A stretch of DNA of 62,693 nt, filler included, from Nemertoderma westbladi (taxonomy: Eukaryota; Animalia; Xenacoelomorpha): NCBI GenBank assembly GCA_032718475.1. It is 3 parts of 3 records of this genome, joined end to end, with 100 filler letters (N's around TTAATTAATTAA, not from the genome) between each part and the next. Parts side by side here need not be neighbours in the genome. Positions count along the whole stretch, not along the records: positions 1 to 25,092 come from JAUCBJ010007038.1; 2 more parts are not named here. One strand, 5' to 3'. Shown piece after piece: positions 1-12,400 of this stretch. The notes beneath the pieces are model-generated. The model was not told the DNA's origin and ran no database searches. It saw nothing but the letters and a program-made list of their open reading frames with translations. The position numbers were made by a program, and so were the translations under genes. Every line of letters starts with the position of its first letter. The first letter of the stretch is position 1.

Positions 1-255
1 AGACTGGGACTGAGGGAAAATCTGGGGTACATTAGGTAGGCTAAAATTCTGAGCGAACAGTGGGTTATTAAATAATATACCGTAGGGATTTATATTATCG
101 TGTATACTTATTGTGAATATTTGGTGTATATTGATTTGGGGAAGCCCAAAATTATTCTCAACAGGTTTCAGGTTTCAACAGGTTTTCAACTATAGGAAGT
201 TACATTAAAGAGTATATCCAACTAATGCAGCTTTTCTCAACCGCAAACTTGCATC

Positions 256-410
256 TTAGAAATATTCCCTCCCCACAATCAATATCCGGTGACTGGCCGG
301 GGCTCGGTGGTCTGTTAAGTCACGTCTCCAGCATCGGCGTTTTTCCCCCTGGTGTAGGAATAACGGCAACACTGGAGGTGGCGACCATCTGGGGTCGGTG
401 TAACTCTTAC
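256..410 (-). CDS. Probable next MEKK2/3 exon, starting in the last array units; 3' boundary uncertain
   Basis: Acceptor cctcccccccAG at 412-411 (alternative at 373-372). The frame continues KSYTDPRWSPPPVLPLFLHQ (cf. MEKK2 SPPPGYIPDELHQ). The segment is GC-rich against an AT-rich flank. The frame reaches TAA at 258-256 unless an unidentified donor is used. Confidence 0.45.
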
Positions 411-3400
411 CTGGGGGGGAGGCGGCGACCCTCTGGGGTCGGTGTAACTCTTACATGGAGTCGGCGACACTCTGGGGTCGGTGTAACTCTTACCTGGAGG
501 GGAGGCGGCGACCCTCTGGGGTCGGTGTAACTCTTACCTGGAGGCGGCGACCCTCTGGGTTCGGTGTAACTCTTACATGGAGGCGGCGACCCTCTGGGGT
601 CGGTGTAACTCTTACCTGGAGGCGGCGACCCTCTGGGTTCGGTGTAACTCTTACCTGGAGGCGGCGAACCCTCTGGGGTCGGTGTAACTCTTACCTGGAG
701 TCGGCGACCCTCTGGGGTCGGTGTAACTCTTACCTGGAGGCGGCGACCCTCTGGGTTCGATGTAACTCTTACCTGGAGGCGGCGACCCTCTGGGGTCGGT
801 GTAACTCTTACCTGGAGGCGGCGACCCTCTGGGTGTCGGTGTAACTCTTACCTGGAGGTGGCGACCCTCTGGGGTCGGTGTAACTCTTACCTGGAGGCGG
901 CGACCCTCTGGGGTCGGTGTAACTCTTACTGGAGCGCGACCTCGGGTCGGTGTAACTCTTACCTGGAGGCGGCGACCCTCTGGGGTCGGTGTAACTCTTA
1001 CCTGGAGGCGGCGACCCTCTGGGTTCGGTGTAACTCTTACCTGGAGGCGGCGACCCTCTGGGGTCGGTGTAACTCTTACCTGGAAGCGGCGACCCTCTGG
1101 GTTCGGTGTAACTCTTACCTGGAGGCGGGAACCCTCTGGGGTCGGTGTAACTCTTACCTGGAGTCGGCGACCCTCTGGGGTCGGTGTAACTCTTACCTGG
1201 AGGCGGCGACCCTCTGGGTTCAGAGTAACTCTTACCTGGAGGCGGCGACCCTCTGGGTTCGGTGTAACTCTTACCTGGAGGCGGCAACCCTCTGGGGTCG
1301 GTGTAACTCTTACCTGGAGGTGGCGACCATCTGGGGTCGGTGTAACTCTTACCTGGGGGGGAGGCGGCGACCCTCTGGGGTCGGTGTAACTCTTACATGG
1401 AGTCGGCGACACTCGGGTCGGTGTAACTCTTACCTGGAGGGGAGGCGGCGACCCTCTGGGGTCGGTGTAACTCTTACCTGGAGGCGGCGACCCTCTGGGT
1501 TCGGTGTAACTCTTACATGGAGGCGGCGACCCTCTGGGTTCGGTGTAACTCTTACCTGGAGGCGGCGACCCTCTGGGGTCGGTGTAACTCTTACCTGGAG
1601 GCGGCGACCCTCTGGATTCGGTGTAACTCTTACCTGGAGGCGGCGACCCTCTGGGTTCGGTGTAACTCTTACCTGGAGGCGGCGACCCTCTGGGTTCGGT
1701 GTAACTCTTACCTGGAGGCGGCGACCCTCTGGGTTCGGTGTAACTCTTACCTGGAGGCGGCAACCCTCTGGGTTCGGTGTAACTCTTACCTGGAGGCGGC
1801 GACCCTCTGGGGTCGGTGTAACTCTTACCTGGAGGCGGCGACCCTCTGGGTTCGGTGTAACTCTTACCTGGAGGCGGCGACCCTCTGGGTTCGGTGTAAC
1901 TCTTACCTGGAGGCGGCGACCCTCTGGGGTCGGTGTACCTCTTACCTGGAGGCGGCGACCCTCTGGGTTCGGTGTAACTCTTACATGGAGGCGGCGACCC
2001 TCTGGGTTCGGTGTAACTCTTACCTGGAGGCGGCGACCCTCTGGGGGTCGGTGTAACTCTTACCTGGAGGCAGCGACCCTCTGGGTTCGGTGTAACTCTT
2101 ACCTGGAGGCGGCGACCCTCTGGGATCGGTGTAACACTTACCTGGAGGCGGCGACCCTCTGGGGTCGGTGTAACTCTTACCTGGAGGGGAGGCGGCGACC
2201 CTCTGGGTTCGGTGTAACTCTTACCTGGAGGCGGCGACCCTCTGGGGTCGGTGTAACTCTTACCTGGAGGCGGTGACCCTCTGGGGTCGGTGTAACTCTT
2301 ACCTGGAGGTGGCGACCCTCTGGGTTCGGTGTAACTCTTACCTGGAGGCGGCGACCCTCTGGGTTCAGTGTAACTCTTACCTGGAGGCGGCAACCCTCTG
2401 GGGTCGGTGTAACTCTTACCTGGAGGCGGCGACACTCTGGGTTCAGTGTAACTCTTACCTGGAGGCGGCAACCCTCTGGGTTCGGTGTAACTCTTACCTG
2501 GAGGCGGCGACCCTCTGGGGTCGGTGTACCTCTTACCTGGAGGCGGCGACCCTCTGGGTTCTGTGTAACTCTTACCTGGAGGCGGCGACCCTCTGGGGTC
2601 GGTGTAACTCTTACCTGGAGGGGAGGCGGCGACCCTCTGGGGTCGGTGTAACTCTTACCTGAGGGGAGGCGGCGACCCTCTGGGGTCGGTGTAACTCTTA
2701 CCTGGAGGCGGCGACCCTCTGGGGTCGGTGTAACTCTTACCTTGAGGGGAGGCGGCAACCCCCTGGGTTTGGTGTAACTCTTACCTGGAGGCGGCGACCC
2801 TCTGGGGTCGGTGTAAATCTTACCTGGAGTCGGCAACCCTCTGGGTTCGGTGTAACTCTTACCTGGAGGCGGTGACCCTCTGGGGTCGGTGTACCTCTTA
2901 CCTGGAGGCGGCGACCCTCTGGGTTCTGTGTAACTCTTACCTGGAGGCGGCGACCCTCTGGGGTCGGTGTAACTCTTACCTGGAGGGGAGGCGGCGACCC
3001 TCTGGGGTCGGTGTAACTCTTACCTGAGGGGAGGCGGCGACCCTCTGGGGTCGGTGTAACTCTTACCTGGAGGCGGCGACCCTCTGGGGTCGGTGTAACT
3101 CTTACCTGGAGGGGAGGCGGCAACCCCCTGGGTTTGGTGTAACTCTTACCTGGAGGCGGCGACCCTCTGGGGTCGGTGTAAATCTTACCTGGAGTCGGCA
3201 ACCCTCGGGGGTCGGTGTAACTCTTACCTGGAGGCGGCGACCCTCTGGGGTCGGTGTAACTCTTACCTGGAGGCGGCGACCCTCTGGGGTCGGTGTAACT
3301 CTTACCTGGAGGCGGCGACCCTCTGGGGTTGGTGTAACTCTTACCTGGAGGCGGCGACCCTCTGGGTTCGGTGTAACTCTTACCTGGAGGCGGCGACCCT

Positions 3401-6400
3401 CTGGGTTCGGTGTAACTCTTACCTGGAGGCGGCGACCCTCTGGGGTCGGTGTAACTCTTACCTGGAGGCGGCGACCCTCTGGGGTTCGGTGTAACTCTTA
3501 CCTGGAGGCGGCGACCCTCTGGGGTCGGTGTAACTCTTACCTGGAGGCGGCGACCCTCTGGGTTCGGTGTAACTCTTACCTGGAGGCGGCGACCCTCTGG
3601 GGTCGTGTAACTCTTACCTGGAGGCGGCGACCCTCTGGGTTCGGTGTAACTCTTACCTGGAGGCGGCAACCCTCTGGGTTCGGTGTAACTCTTACCTGGA
3701 GGCGGCGACCCTCTGGGGTCGGTGTAACTCTTACCTGGAGGCGGCGACCCTCTGGGTTCGGTGTAACTCTTACCTTGAGGCAGCGACCCTCTGGGTTCGG
3801 TGTAACTCTTACCTGGAGGCGGCAACCCTCTGGGGTCGATGTAACTCTTACCTGGAGGCGATGACCCTCTGGGTTCGGTGTAACTCTTACCTTGAGGCGG
3901 CGACCCTCTGGGTTCGGTGTAACTCTTACCTGGAGGCGGCGACCCTCTGGGGTCGGTGTAACTCTTACCTGGATGCGGCGACCCTCTGGGGTTGGTGTAA
4001 CTCTTACCTTGAGGCGGTGACCCTCTGGGGTCGGTGTAACTCTTACCTGGAGGGGAGGCGGCGACCCTCTGGGTTCCATGTAACTCTTACCTGGAGGCGG
4101 CGACCCTCTGGGGTCGGTGTAACTCTTACCTGGAGGCGGTGACCCTCTGGGTTCGGTGTAACTCTTACCTTGAGGCGGTGACCCTCTGGGTTCGGTGCAA
4201 CTCTTACCTGGAGGCGGCGACCCTCTGGGGTCGGTGTAACTCTTACCTGGAGGCGGCGACCCTCTGGGGTCGGTGTAACTCTTACCTGGAGGCGGCGACC
4301 CTCTGGGGTCGGTGTAACTCTTACCTGGAGGCGGCGACCCTCTGGGTTCGGTGTAACTCTTACCTGGGAGGCGGCGACCCTCTGGGTTCGGTGTAACTCT
4401 TACCTGGAGGCGGCGACCCTCCGGGTTCGGTGTAACTCTTACCTGGAGGCGGCGACCCTCTGGGTTCGGTGTAACTCTTACCTGGAGGCGGCGACCCTCT
4501 GGGTTCGGTGTAACTCTTACCTGGAGGCGGCGACCCTCTGGGGTCGGTGTAACTCTTACCTGGAAGCGGCGACCCTCTGGGTTCGGTGTAACTCTTACCT
4601 GGAGGCGGGAACCCTCTGGGGTCGGTGTAACTCTTACCTGGAGTCGGCGACCCTCTGGGGTCAGTGTAACTCTTACCTGGAGGCGGCGACCCTCTGGGTT
4701 CAGAGTAACTCTTACCTGGAGGCGGCGACCCTCTGGGTTCGGTGTAACTCTTACCTGGAGGCGGCGACCCTCTGGGGTCGGTGTAACTCTTACCTGGAGG
4801 TGGCGACCATCTGGGGTCGGTGTAACTCTTACCTGGGGGGGAGGCGGCGACCCTCTGGGGTCGGTGTAACTCTTACCTGGAGTCGGCGACCCTCTGGGGT
4901 CGGTGTAACTCTTACCTGGAGGGGAGGCGGCGACCCTCTGGGGTCGGTGTAACTCTTACCTGGAGGCGGCGACCCTCTGGGTTCGGTGTAACTCTTACAT
5001 GGAGGCGGCGACCCTCTGGGTTCGGTGTAACTCTTACCTGGAGGCGGCGACCCTCTGGGGTCGGTGTAACTCTTACCTGGAGGCGGCGACCCTCTGGGTT
5101 CGGTGTAACTCTTACCTGGAGGCGGCGACCCTCTGGGTTCGGTGTAACTCTTACCTGGAGGCGGCGACCCTCTGGGGTCGGTGTAACTCTTACCTGGAGG
5201 CGGTGACCCTCTGGGGTCGGTGTAACTCTTACCTGGAGGCGGCGACCCTCTGGGTTCGGTGTAACTCTTACCTGGAGGCGGCGACCCTCTGGGTTCGGTG
5301 TAACTCTTACCTGGAGGCGGCGACCCTCTGGGGTCGGTGTAACTCTTACCTGGAGGCGGCGACCCTCTGGGTTCGGTGTAACTCTTACCTGGAGGCGGCG
5401 ACCCTCTGGGTTCGGTGTAACTCTTACCTGGAGGCGGCGACCCTCTGGGGTCGGTGTAACTCTTACCTGGAGGCGGCGACCCTCTGGGTTCGGTGTAACT
5501 CTTACCTGGAGGCGGCGACCCTCTGGGTTCGGTGTAACTCTTACCTGGAGGCGGCGACCCTCTGGGGGTCGGTGTAACTCTTACCTGGAGGCAGCGACCC
5601 TCTGGGTTCGGTGTAACTCTTACCTGGAGGCGGCGACCCTCTGGGTTCGGTGTAACTCTTACCTGGAGGCGGCGACCCTCTGGGGTCGGTGTAACTCTTA
5701 CCTGGAGGGGAGGCGGCGACCCTCTGGGTTCGGTGTAACTCTTACCTGGAGGCGGCGACCCTCTGGGTTCGGTGTAACTCTTACCTGGAGGCGGCGACCC
5801 TCTGGGGTCGGTGTAACTCTTACCTGGAGGCGGCGACCCTCTGGGGTCGGTGTAACTCTTACCTGGAGGCGGCGACCCTCTGGGGTCGGTGTAACTCTTA
5901 CCTGGAGGCGGCGACCCTCTGGGGTCGGTGTAACTCTTACCTGGAGGCGGCGACCCTCTGGGGTCGGTGTAACTCTTACCTGGAGGCGGCGACCCTCTGG
6001 GTTCGGTGTAACTCTTACCTGGAGGCGGCGACCCTCTGGGTTCGGTGTAACTCTTACCTGGAGGCGGCGACCCTCTGGGTTCGGTGTAACTCTTACCTGG
6101 AGGCGGCGACCCTCTGGGTTCGGTGTAACTCTTACCTGGAGGCGGCGACCCTCTGGGGTCGGTGTAACTCTTACCTGGAGGGGAGGCGGCGACCCTCTGG
6201 GGTCGGTGTAACTCTTACCTGGAGGCGGCGACCCTCTGGGGTCGGTGTAACTCTTACCTGGAGGCGGCGACCCTCTGGGTTCGGTGTAACTCTTACCTGG
6301 AGGCGGCGACCCTCTGGGTTCGGTGTAACTCTTACCTGGAGGCGGCGACCCTCTGGGGTCGGTGTAACTCTTACCTGGAGGCGGCGACCCTCTGGGGTCG

Positions 6401-9400
6401 GTGTAACTCTTACCTGGAGGCGGCGACCCTCTGGGTTCGGTGTAACTCTTACCTGGAGGCGGCGACCCTCTGGGGTCGGTGTAACTCTTACCTGGAGGCG
6501 GCGACCCTCTGGGGTCGGTGTAACTCTTACCTGGAGGCGGCGACCCTCTGGGGTCGGTGTAACTCTTACCTGGAGGCGGCGACCCTCTGGGGTCGGTGTA
6601 ACTCTTACCTGGAGGCGGCGACCCTCTGGGTTCGGTGTAACTCTTACCTGGAGGCGGCGACCCTCTGGGGTCGGTGTAACTCTTACCTGGAGGCGGCGAC
6701 CCTCTGGGGTCGGTGTAACTCTTACCTGGAGGCGGCGACCCTCTGGGGTCGGTGTAACTCTTACCTGGAGGCGGCGACCCTCTGGGGTCGGTGTAACTCT
6801 TACCTGGAGGCGGCGACCCTCTGGGTTCGGTGTAACTCTTACCTGGAGGCGGCGACCCTCTGGGGTCGGTGTAACTCTTACCTGGAGGCGGCGACCCTCT
6901 GGGGTCGGTGTAACTCTTACCTGGAGGCGGCGACCCTCTGGGGTCGGTGTAACTCTTACCTGGAGGCGGCGACCCTCTGGGTTCGGTGTAACTCTTACCT
7001 GGAGGCGGCGACCCTCTGGGGTCGGTGTAACTCTTACCTGGAGGCGGCGACCCTCTGGGTTCGGTGTAACTCTTACCTGGAGGCGGCGACCCTCTGGGTT
7101 CGGTGTAACTCTTACCTGGAGGCGGCGACCCTCTGGGGTCGGTGTAACTCTTACCTGGAGGCGGCGACCCTCTGGGGTCGGTGTAACTCTTACCTGGAGG
7201 CGGCGACCCTCTGGGTTCGGTGTAACTCTTACCTGGAGGCGGCGACCCTCTGGGGTCGGTGTAACTCTTACCTGGAGGCGGCGACCCTCTGGGGTCGGTG
7301 TAACTCTTACCTGGAGGCGGCGACCCTCTGGGGTCGGTGTAACTCTTACCTGGAGGCGGCGACCCTCTGGGGTCGGTGTAACTCTTACCTGGAGGCGGCG
7401 ACCCTCTGGGGTCGGTGTAACTCTTACCTGGAGGCGGCGACCCTCTGGGGTCGGTGTAACTCTTACCTGGAGGCGGCGACCCTCTGGGGTCGGTGTAACT
7501 CTTACCTGGAGGCGGCGACCCTCTGGGGTCGGTGTAACTCTTACCTGGAGGCGGCGACCCTCTGGGGTCGGTGTAACTCTTACCTGGAGGCGGCGACCCT
7601 CTGGGGTCGGTGTAACTCTTACCTGGAGGCGGCGACCCTCTGGGTTCGGTGTAACTCTTACCTGGAGGCGGCGACCCTCTGGGTTCGGTGTAACTCTTAC
7701 CTGGAGGCGGCGACCCTCTGGGGTCGGTGTAACTCTTACCTGGAGGCGGCGACCCTCTGGGTTCGGTGTAACTCTTACCTGGAGGCGGCGACCCTCTGGG
7801 GTCGGTGTAACTCTTACCTGGAGGCGGCGACCCTCTGGGGTCGGTGTAACTCTTACCTGGAGGCGGCGACCCTCTGGGTTCGGTGTAACTCTTACCTGGA
7901 GGCGGCGACCCTCTGGGGTCGGTGTAACTCTTACCTGGAGGCGGCGACCCTCTGGGGTCGGTGTAACTCTTACCTGGAGGCGGCGACCCTCTGGGTTCGG
8001 TGTAACTCTTACCTGGAGGCGGCGACCCTCTGGGTTCGGTGTAACTCTTACCTGGAGGCGGCGACCCTCTGGGTTCGGTGTAACTCTTACCTGGAGGCGG
8101 CGACCCTCTGGGTTCGGTGTAACTCTTACCTGGAGGCGGCGACCCTCTGGGTTCGGTGTAACTCTTACCTGGAGGCGGCGACCCTCTGGGTTCGGTGTAA
8201 CTCTTACCTGGAGGCGGCGACCCTCTGGGGTCGGTGTAACTCTTACCTGGAGGCGGCGACCCTCTGGGTTCGGTGTAACTCTTACCTGGAGGCGGCGACC
8301 CTCTGGGTTCGGTGTAACTCTTACCTGGAGGCGGCGACCCTCTGGGGTCGGTGTAACTCTTACCTGGAGGCGGCGACCCTCTGGGGTCGGTGTAACTCTT
8401 ACCTGGAGGCGGCGACCCTCTGGGGTCGGTGTAACTCTTACCTGGAGGCGGCGACCCTCTGGGGTCGGTGTAACTCTTACCTGGAGGCGGCGACCCTCTG
8501 GGGTCGGTGTAACTCTTACCTGGAGGCGGCGACCCTCTGGGTTCGGTGTAACTCTTACCTGGAGGCGGCGACCCTCTGGGGTCGGTGTAACTCTTACCTG
8601 GAGGCGGCGACCCTCTGGGGTCGGTGTAACTCTTACCTGGAGGCGGCGACCCTCTGGGGTCGGTGTAACTCTTACCTGGAGGCGGCGACCCTCTGGGTTC
8701 GGTGTAACTCTTACCTGGAGGCGGCGACCCTCTGGGGTCGGTGTAACTCTTACCTGGAGGCGGCGACCCTCTGGGGTCGGTGTAACTCTTACCTGGAGGC
8801 GGCGACCCTCTGGGTTCGGTGTAACTCTTACCTGGAGGCGGCGACCCTCTGGGGTCGGTGTAACTCTTACCTGGAGGCGGCGACCCTCTGGGTTCGGTGT
8901 AACTCTTACCTGGAGGCGGCGACCCTCTGGGGTCGGTGTAACTCTTACCTGGAGGCGGCGACCCTCTGGGGTCGGTGTAACTCTTACCTGGAGGCGGCGA
9001 CCCTCTGGGGTCGGTGTAACTCTTACCTGGAGGCGGCGACCCTCTGGGGTCGGTGTAACTCTTACCTGGAGGCGGCGACCCTCTGGGGTCGGTGTAACTC
9101 TTACCTGGAGGCGGCGACCCTCTGGGTTCGGTGTAACTCTTACCTGGAGGCGGCGACCCTCTGGGGTCGGTGTAACTCTTACCTGGAGGCGGCGACCCTC
9201 TGGGGTCGGTGTAACTCTTACCTGGAGGCGGCGACCCTCTGGGGTCGGTGTAACTCTTACCTGGAGGCGGCGACCCTCTGGGGTCGGTGTAACTCTTACC
9301 TGGAGGCGGCGACCCTCTGGGGTCGGTGTAACTCTTACCTGGAGGCGGCGACCCTCTGGGGTCGGTGTAACTCTTACCTGGAGGCGGCGACCCTCTGGGG

Positions 9401-12400
9401 TCGGTGTAACTCTTACCTGGAGGCGGCGACCCTCTGGGTTCGGTGTAACTCTTACCTGGAGGCGGCGACCCTCTGGGGTCGGTGTAACTCTTACCTGGAG
9501 GCGGCGACCCTCTGGGTTCGGTGTAACTCTTACCTGGAGGCGGCGACCCTCTGGGTTCGGTGTAACTCTTACCTGGAGGCGGCGACCCTCTGGGGTCGGT
9601 GTAACTCTTACCTGGAGGCGGCGACCCTCTGGGTTCGGTGTAACTCTTACCTGGAGGCGGCGACCCTCTGGGGTCGGTGTAACTCTTACCTGGAGGCGGC
9701 GACCCTCTGGGGTCGGTGTAACTCTTACCTGGAGGCGGCGACCCTCTGGGTTCGGTGTAACTCTTACCTGGAGGCGGCGACCCTCTGGGGTCGGTGTAAC
9801 TCTTACCTGGAGGCGGCGACCCTCTGGGTTCGGTGTAACTCTTACCTGGAGGCGGCGACCCTCTGGGGTCGGTGTAACTCTTACCTGGAGGCGGCGACCC
9901 TCTGGGTTCGGTGTAACTCTTACCTGGAGGCGGCGACCCTCTGGGTTCGGTGTAACTCTTACCTGGAGGCGGCGACCCTCTGGGGTCGGTGTAACTCTTA
10001 CCTGGAGGCGGCGACCCTCTGGGGTCGGTGTAACTCTTACCTGAGGGGAGGCGGCGACCCTCTGGGTTCGGTGTAACTCTTACCTGGAGGCGGCGACCCT
10101 CTGGGGTCGGTGTAACTCTTACCTGGAGGCGGCGACCCTCTGGGGTCGGTGTAACTCTTACCTGGAGGCGGCGACCCTCTGGGTTCGGTGTAACTCTTAC
10201 CTGGAGGCGGCGACCCTCTGGGGTCGGTGTAACTCTTACCTGGAGGCGGCGACCCTCTGGGTTCGGTGTAACTCTTACCTGGAGGCGGCGACCCTCTGGG
10301 GTCAGTGTAACTCTTACCTGGAGGCGGCGACCCTCTGGGGTCGGTGTAACTCTTACCTGAGGGGAGGCGGCGACCCTCTGGGGTCGGTGTAACTCTTACC
10401 TGGAGGCGGCGACCCTCTGGGGTCGGTGTAACTCTTACCTGGAGGCGGCGACCCTCTGGGGTCGGTGTAACTCTTACCTGGAGGCGGCGACCCTCTGGGT
10501 TCGGTGTAACTCTTACCTGGAGGCGGCGACCCTCTGGGGTCGGTGTAACTCTTACCTGGAGGCGGCGACCCTCTGGGGTCGGTGTAACTCTTACCTGGAG
10601 GCGGCGACCCTCTGGGGTCGGTGTAACTCTTACCTGGAGGCGGCGACCCTCTGGGGTCGGTGTAACTCTTACCTGAGGGGAGGCGGCGACCCTCTGGGGT
10701 CGGTGTAACTCTTACCTGGAGGCAGCGACCCTCTGGGTTCGGTGTAACTCTTACCTGGAGGCGGCGACCCTCTGGGGTCGGTGTAACTCTTACCTGGAGG
10801 CGGCGACCCTCTGGGGTCGGTGTAACTCTTACCTGGAGGCGGCGACCCTCTGGGTTCGGTGTAACTCTTACCTGGAGGCGGCGACCCTCTGGGGTCGGTG
10901 TAACTCTTACCTGGAGGCGGCGACCCTCTGGGTTCGGTGTAACTCTTACCTGGAGGCGGCGACCCTCTGGGGTCGGTGTAACTCTTACCTGGAGGCGGCG
11001 ACCCTCTGGGGTCGGTGTAACTCTTACCTGGAGGCGGCGACCCTCTGGGGTCGGTGTAACTCTTACCTGGAGGCGGCGACCCTCTGGGGTCGGTGTAACT
11101 CTTACCTGGAGGCGGCGACCCTCTGGGGTCGGTGTAACTCTTACCTGGAGGCGGCGACCCTCTGGGGTCGGTGTAACTCTTACCTGGAGGCGGCGACCCT
11201 CTGGGGTCGGTGTAACTCTTACCTGGAGGCGGCGACCCTCTGGGGTCGGTGTAACTCTTACCTGGAGGCGGCGACCCTCTGGGTTCGGTGTAACTCTTAC
11301 CTGGAGGCGGCGACCCTCTGGGGTCGGTGTAACTCTTACCTGGAGGCGGCGACCCTCTGGGGTCGGTGTAACTCTTACCTGGAGGGGAGGCGGCAACCCC
11401 CTGGGTTCGGTGTAACTCTTACCTGGAGGCGGCGACCCTCTGGGTTCGGTGTAACTCTTACCTGGAGGCGGCGACCCTCTGGGGTCGGTGTAACTCTTAC
11501 CTGGAGGCGGCGACCCTCTGGGTTCGGTGTAACTCTTACCTGGAGGCGGCGACCCTCTGGGGTCGGTGTAACTCTTACCTGAGGGGAGGCGGCGACCCTC
11601 TGGGGTCAGTGTAACTCTTACCTGGAGGCGGCGACCCTCTGGGGTCGGTGTAACTCTTACCTGGAGGGGAGGCGGCAACCCCCTGGGTTTGGTGTAACTC
11701 TTACCTGGAGGCAGCGACCCTCTGGGTTCGGTGTAACTCTTACCTGGAGGCAGCGACCCTCTGGGGTCGGTGTAACTCTTACCTGGAGGCGGCGACCCTC
11801 TGGGTTCGGTGTAACTCTTACCTGGAGGCGGCGACCCTCTGGGGTCGGTGTAACTCTTACCTGGAGGCGGCGACCCTCTGGGTTCGGTGTAACTCTTACC
11901 TGGAGGCGGCGACCCTCTGGGGTCAGTGTAACTCTTACCTGGAGGCGGCGACCCTCTGGGGTCGGTGTAACTCTTACCTGAGGGGAGGCGGCGACCCTCT
12001 GGGGTCAGTGTAACTCTTACCTGGAGGCAGCGACCCTCTGGGGTCGGTGTAACTCTTACCTGGAGGCGGCGACCCTCTGGGGTCGGTGTAAATCTTACCT
12101 GGAGGCGGCGACCCTCTGGGTTCGGTGTAACTCTTACCTGGAGGCGGCGACCCTCTGGGGTCGGTGTAACTCTTACCTGGAGGCGGCGACCCTCTGGGTT
12201 CGGTGTAACTCTTACCTGGAGGCGGCGACCCTCTGGGGTCAGTGTAACTCTTACCTGGAGGCGGCGACCCTCTGGGGTCGGTGTAACTCTTACCTGAGGG
12301 GAGGCGGCGACCCTCTGGGGTCAGTGTAACTCTTACCTGGAGGCAGCGACCCTCTGGGTTTGGTGTAACTCTTACCTTGAGGCGGCAACCCTCTGGGGTC

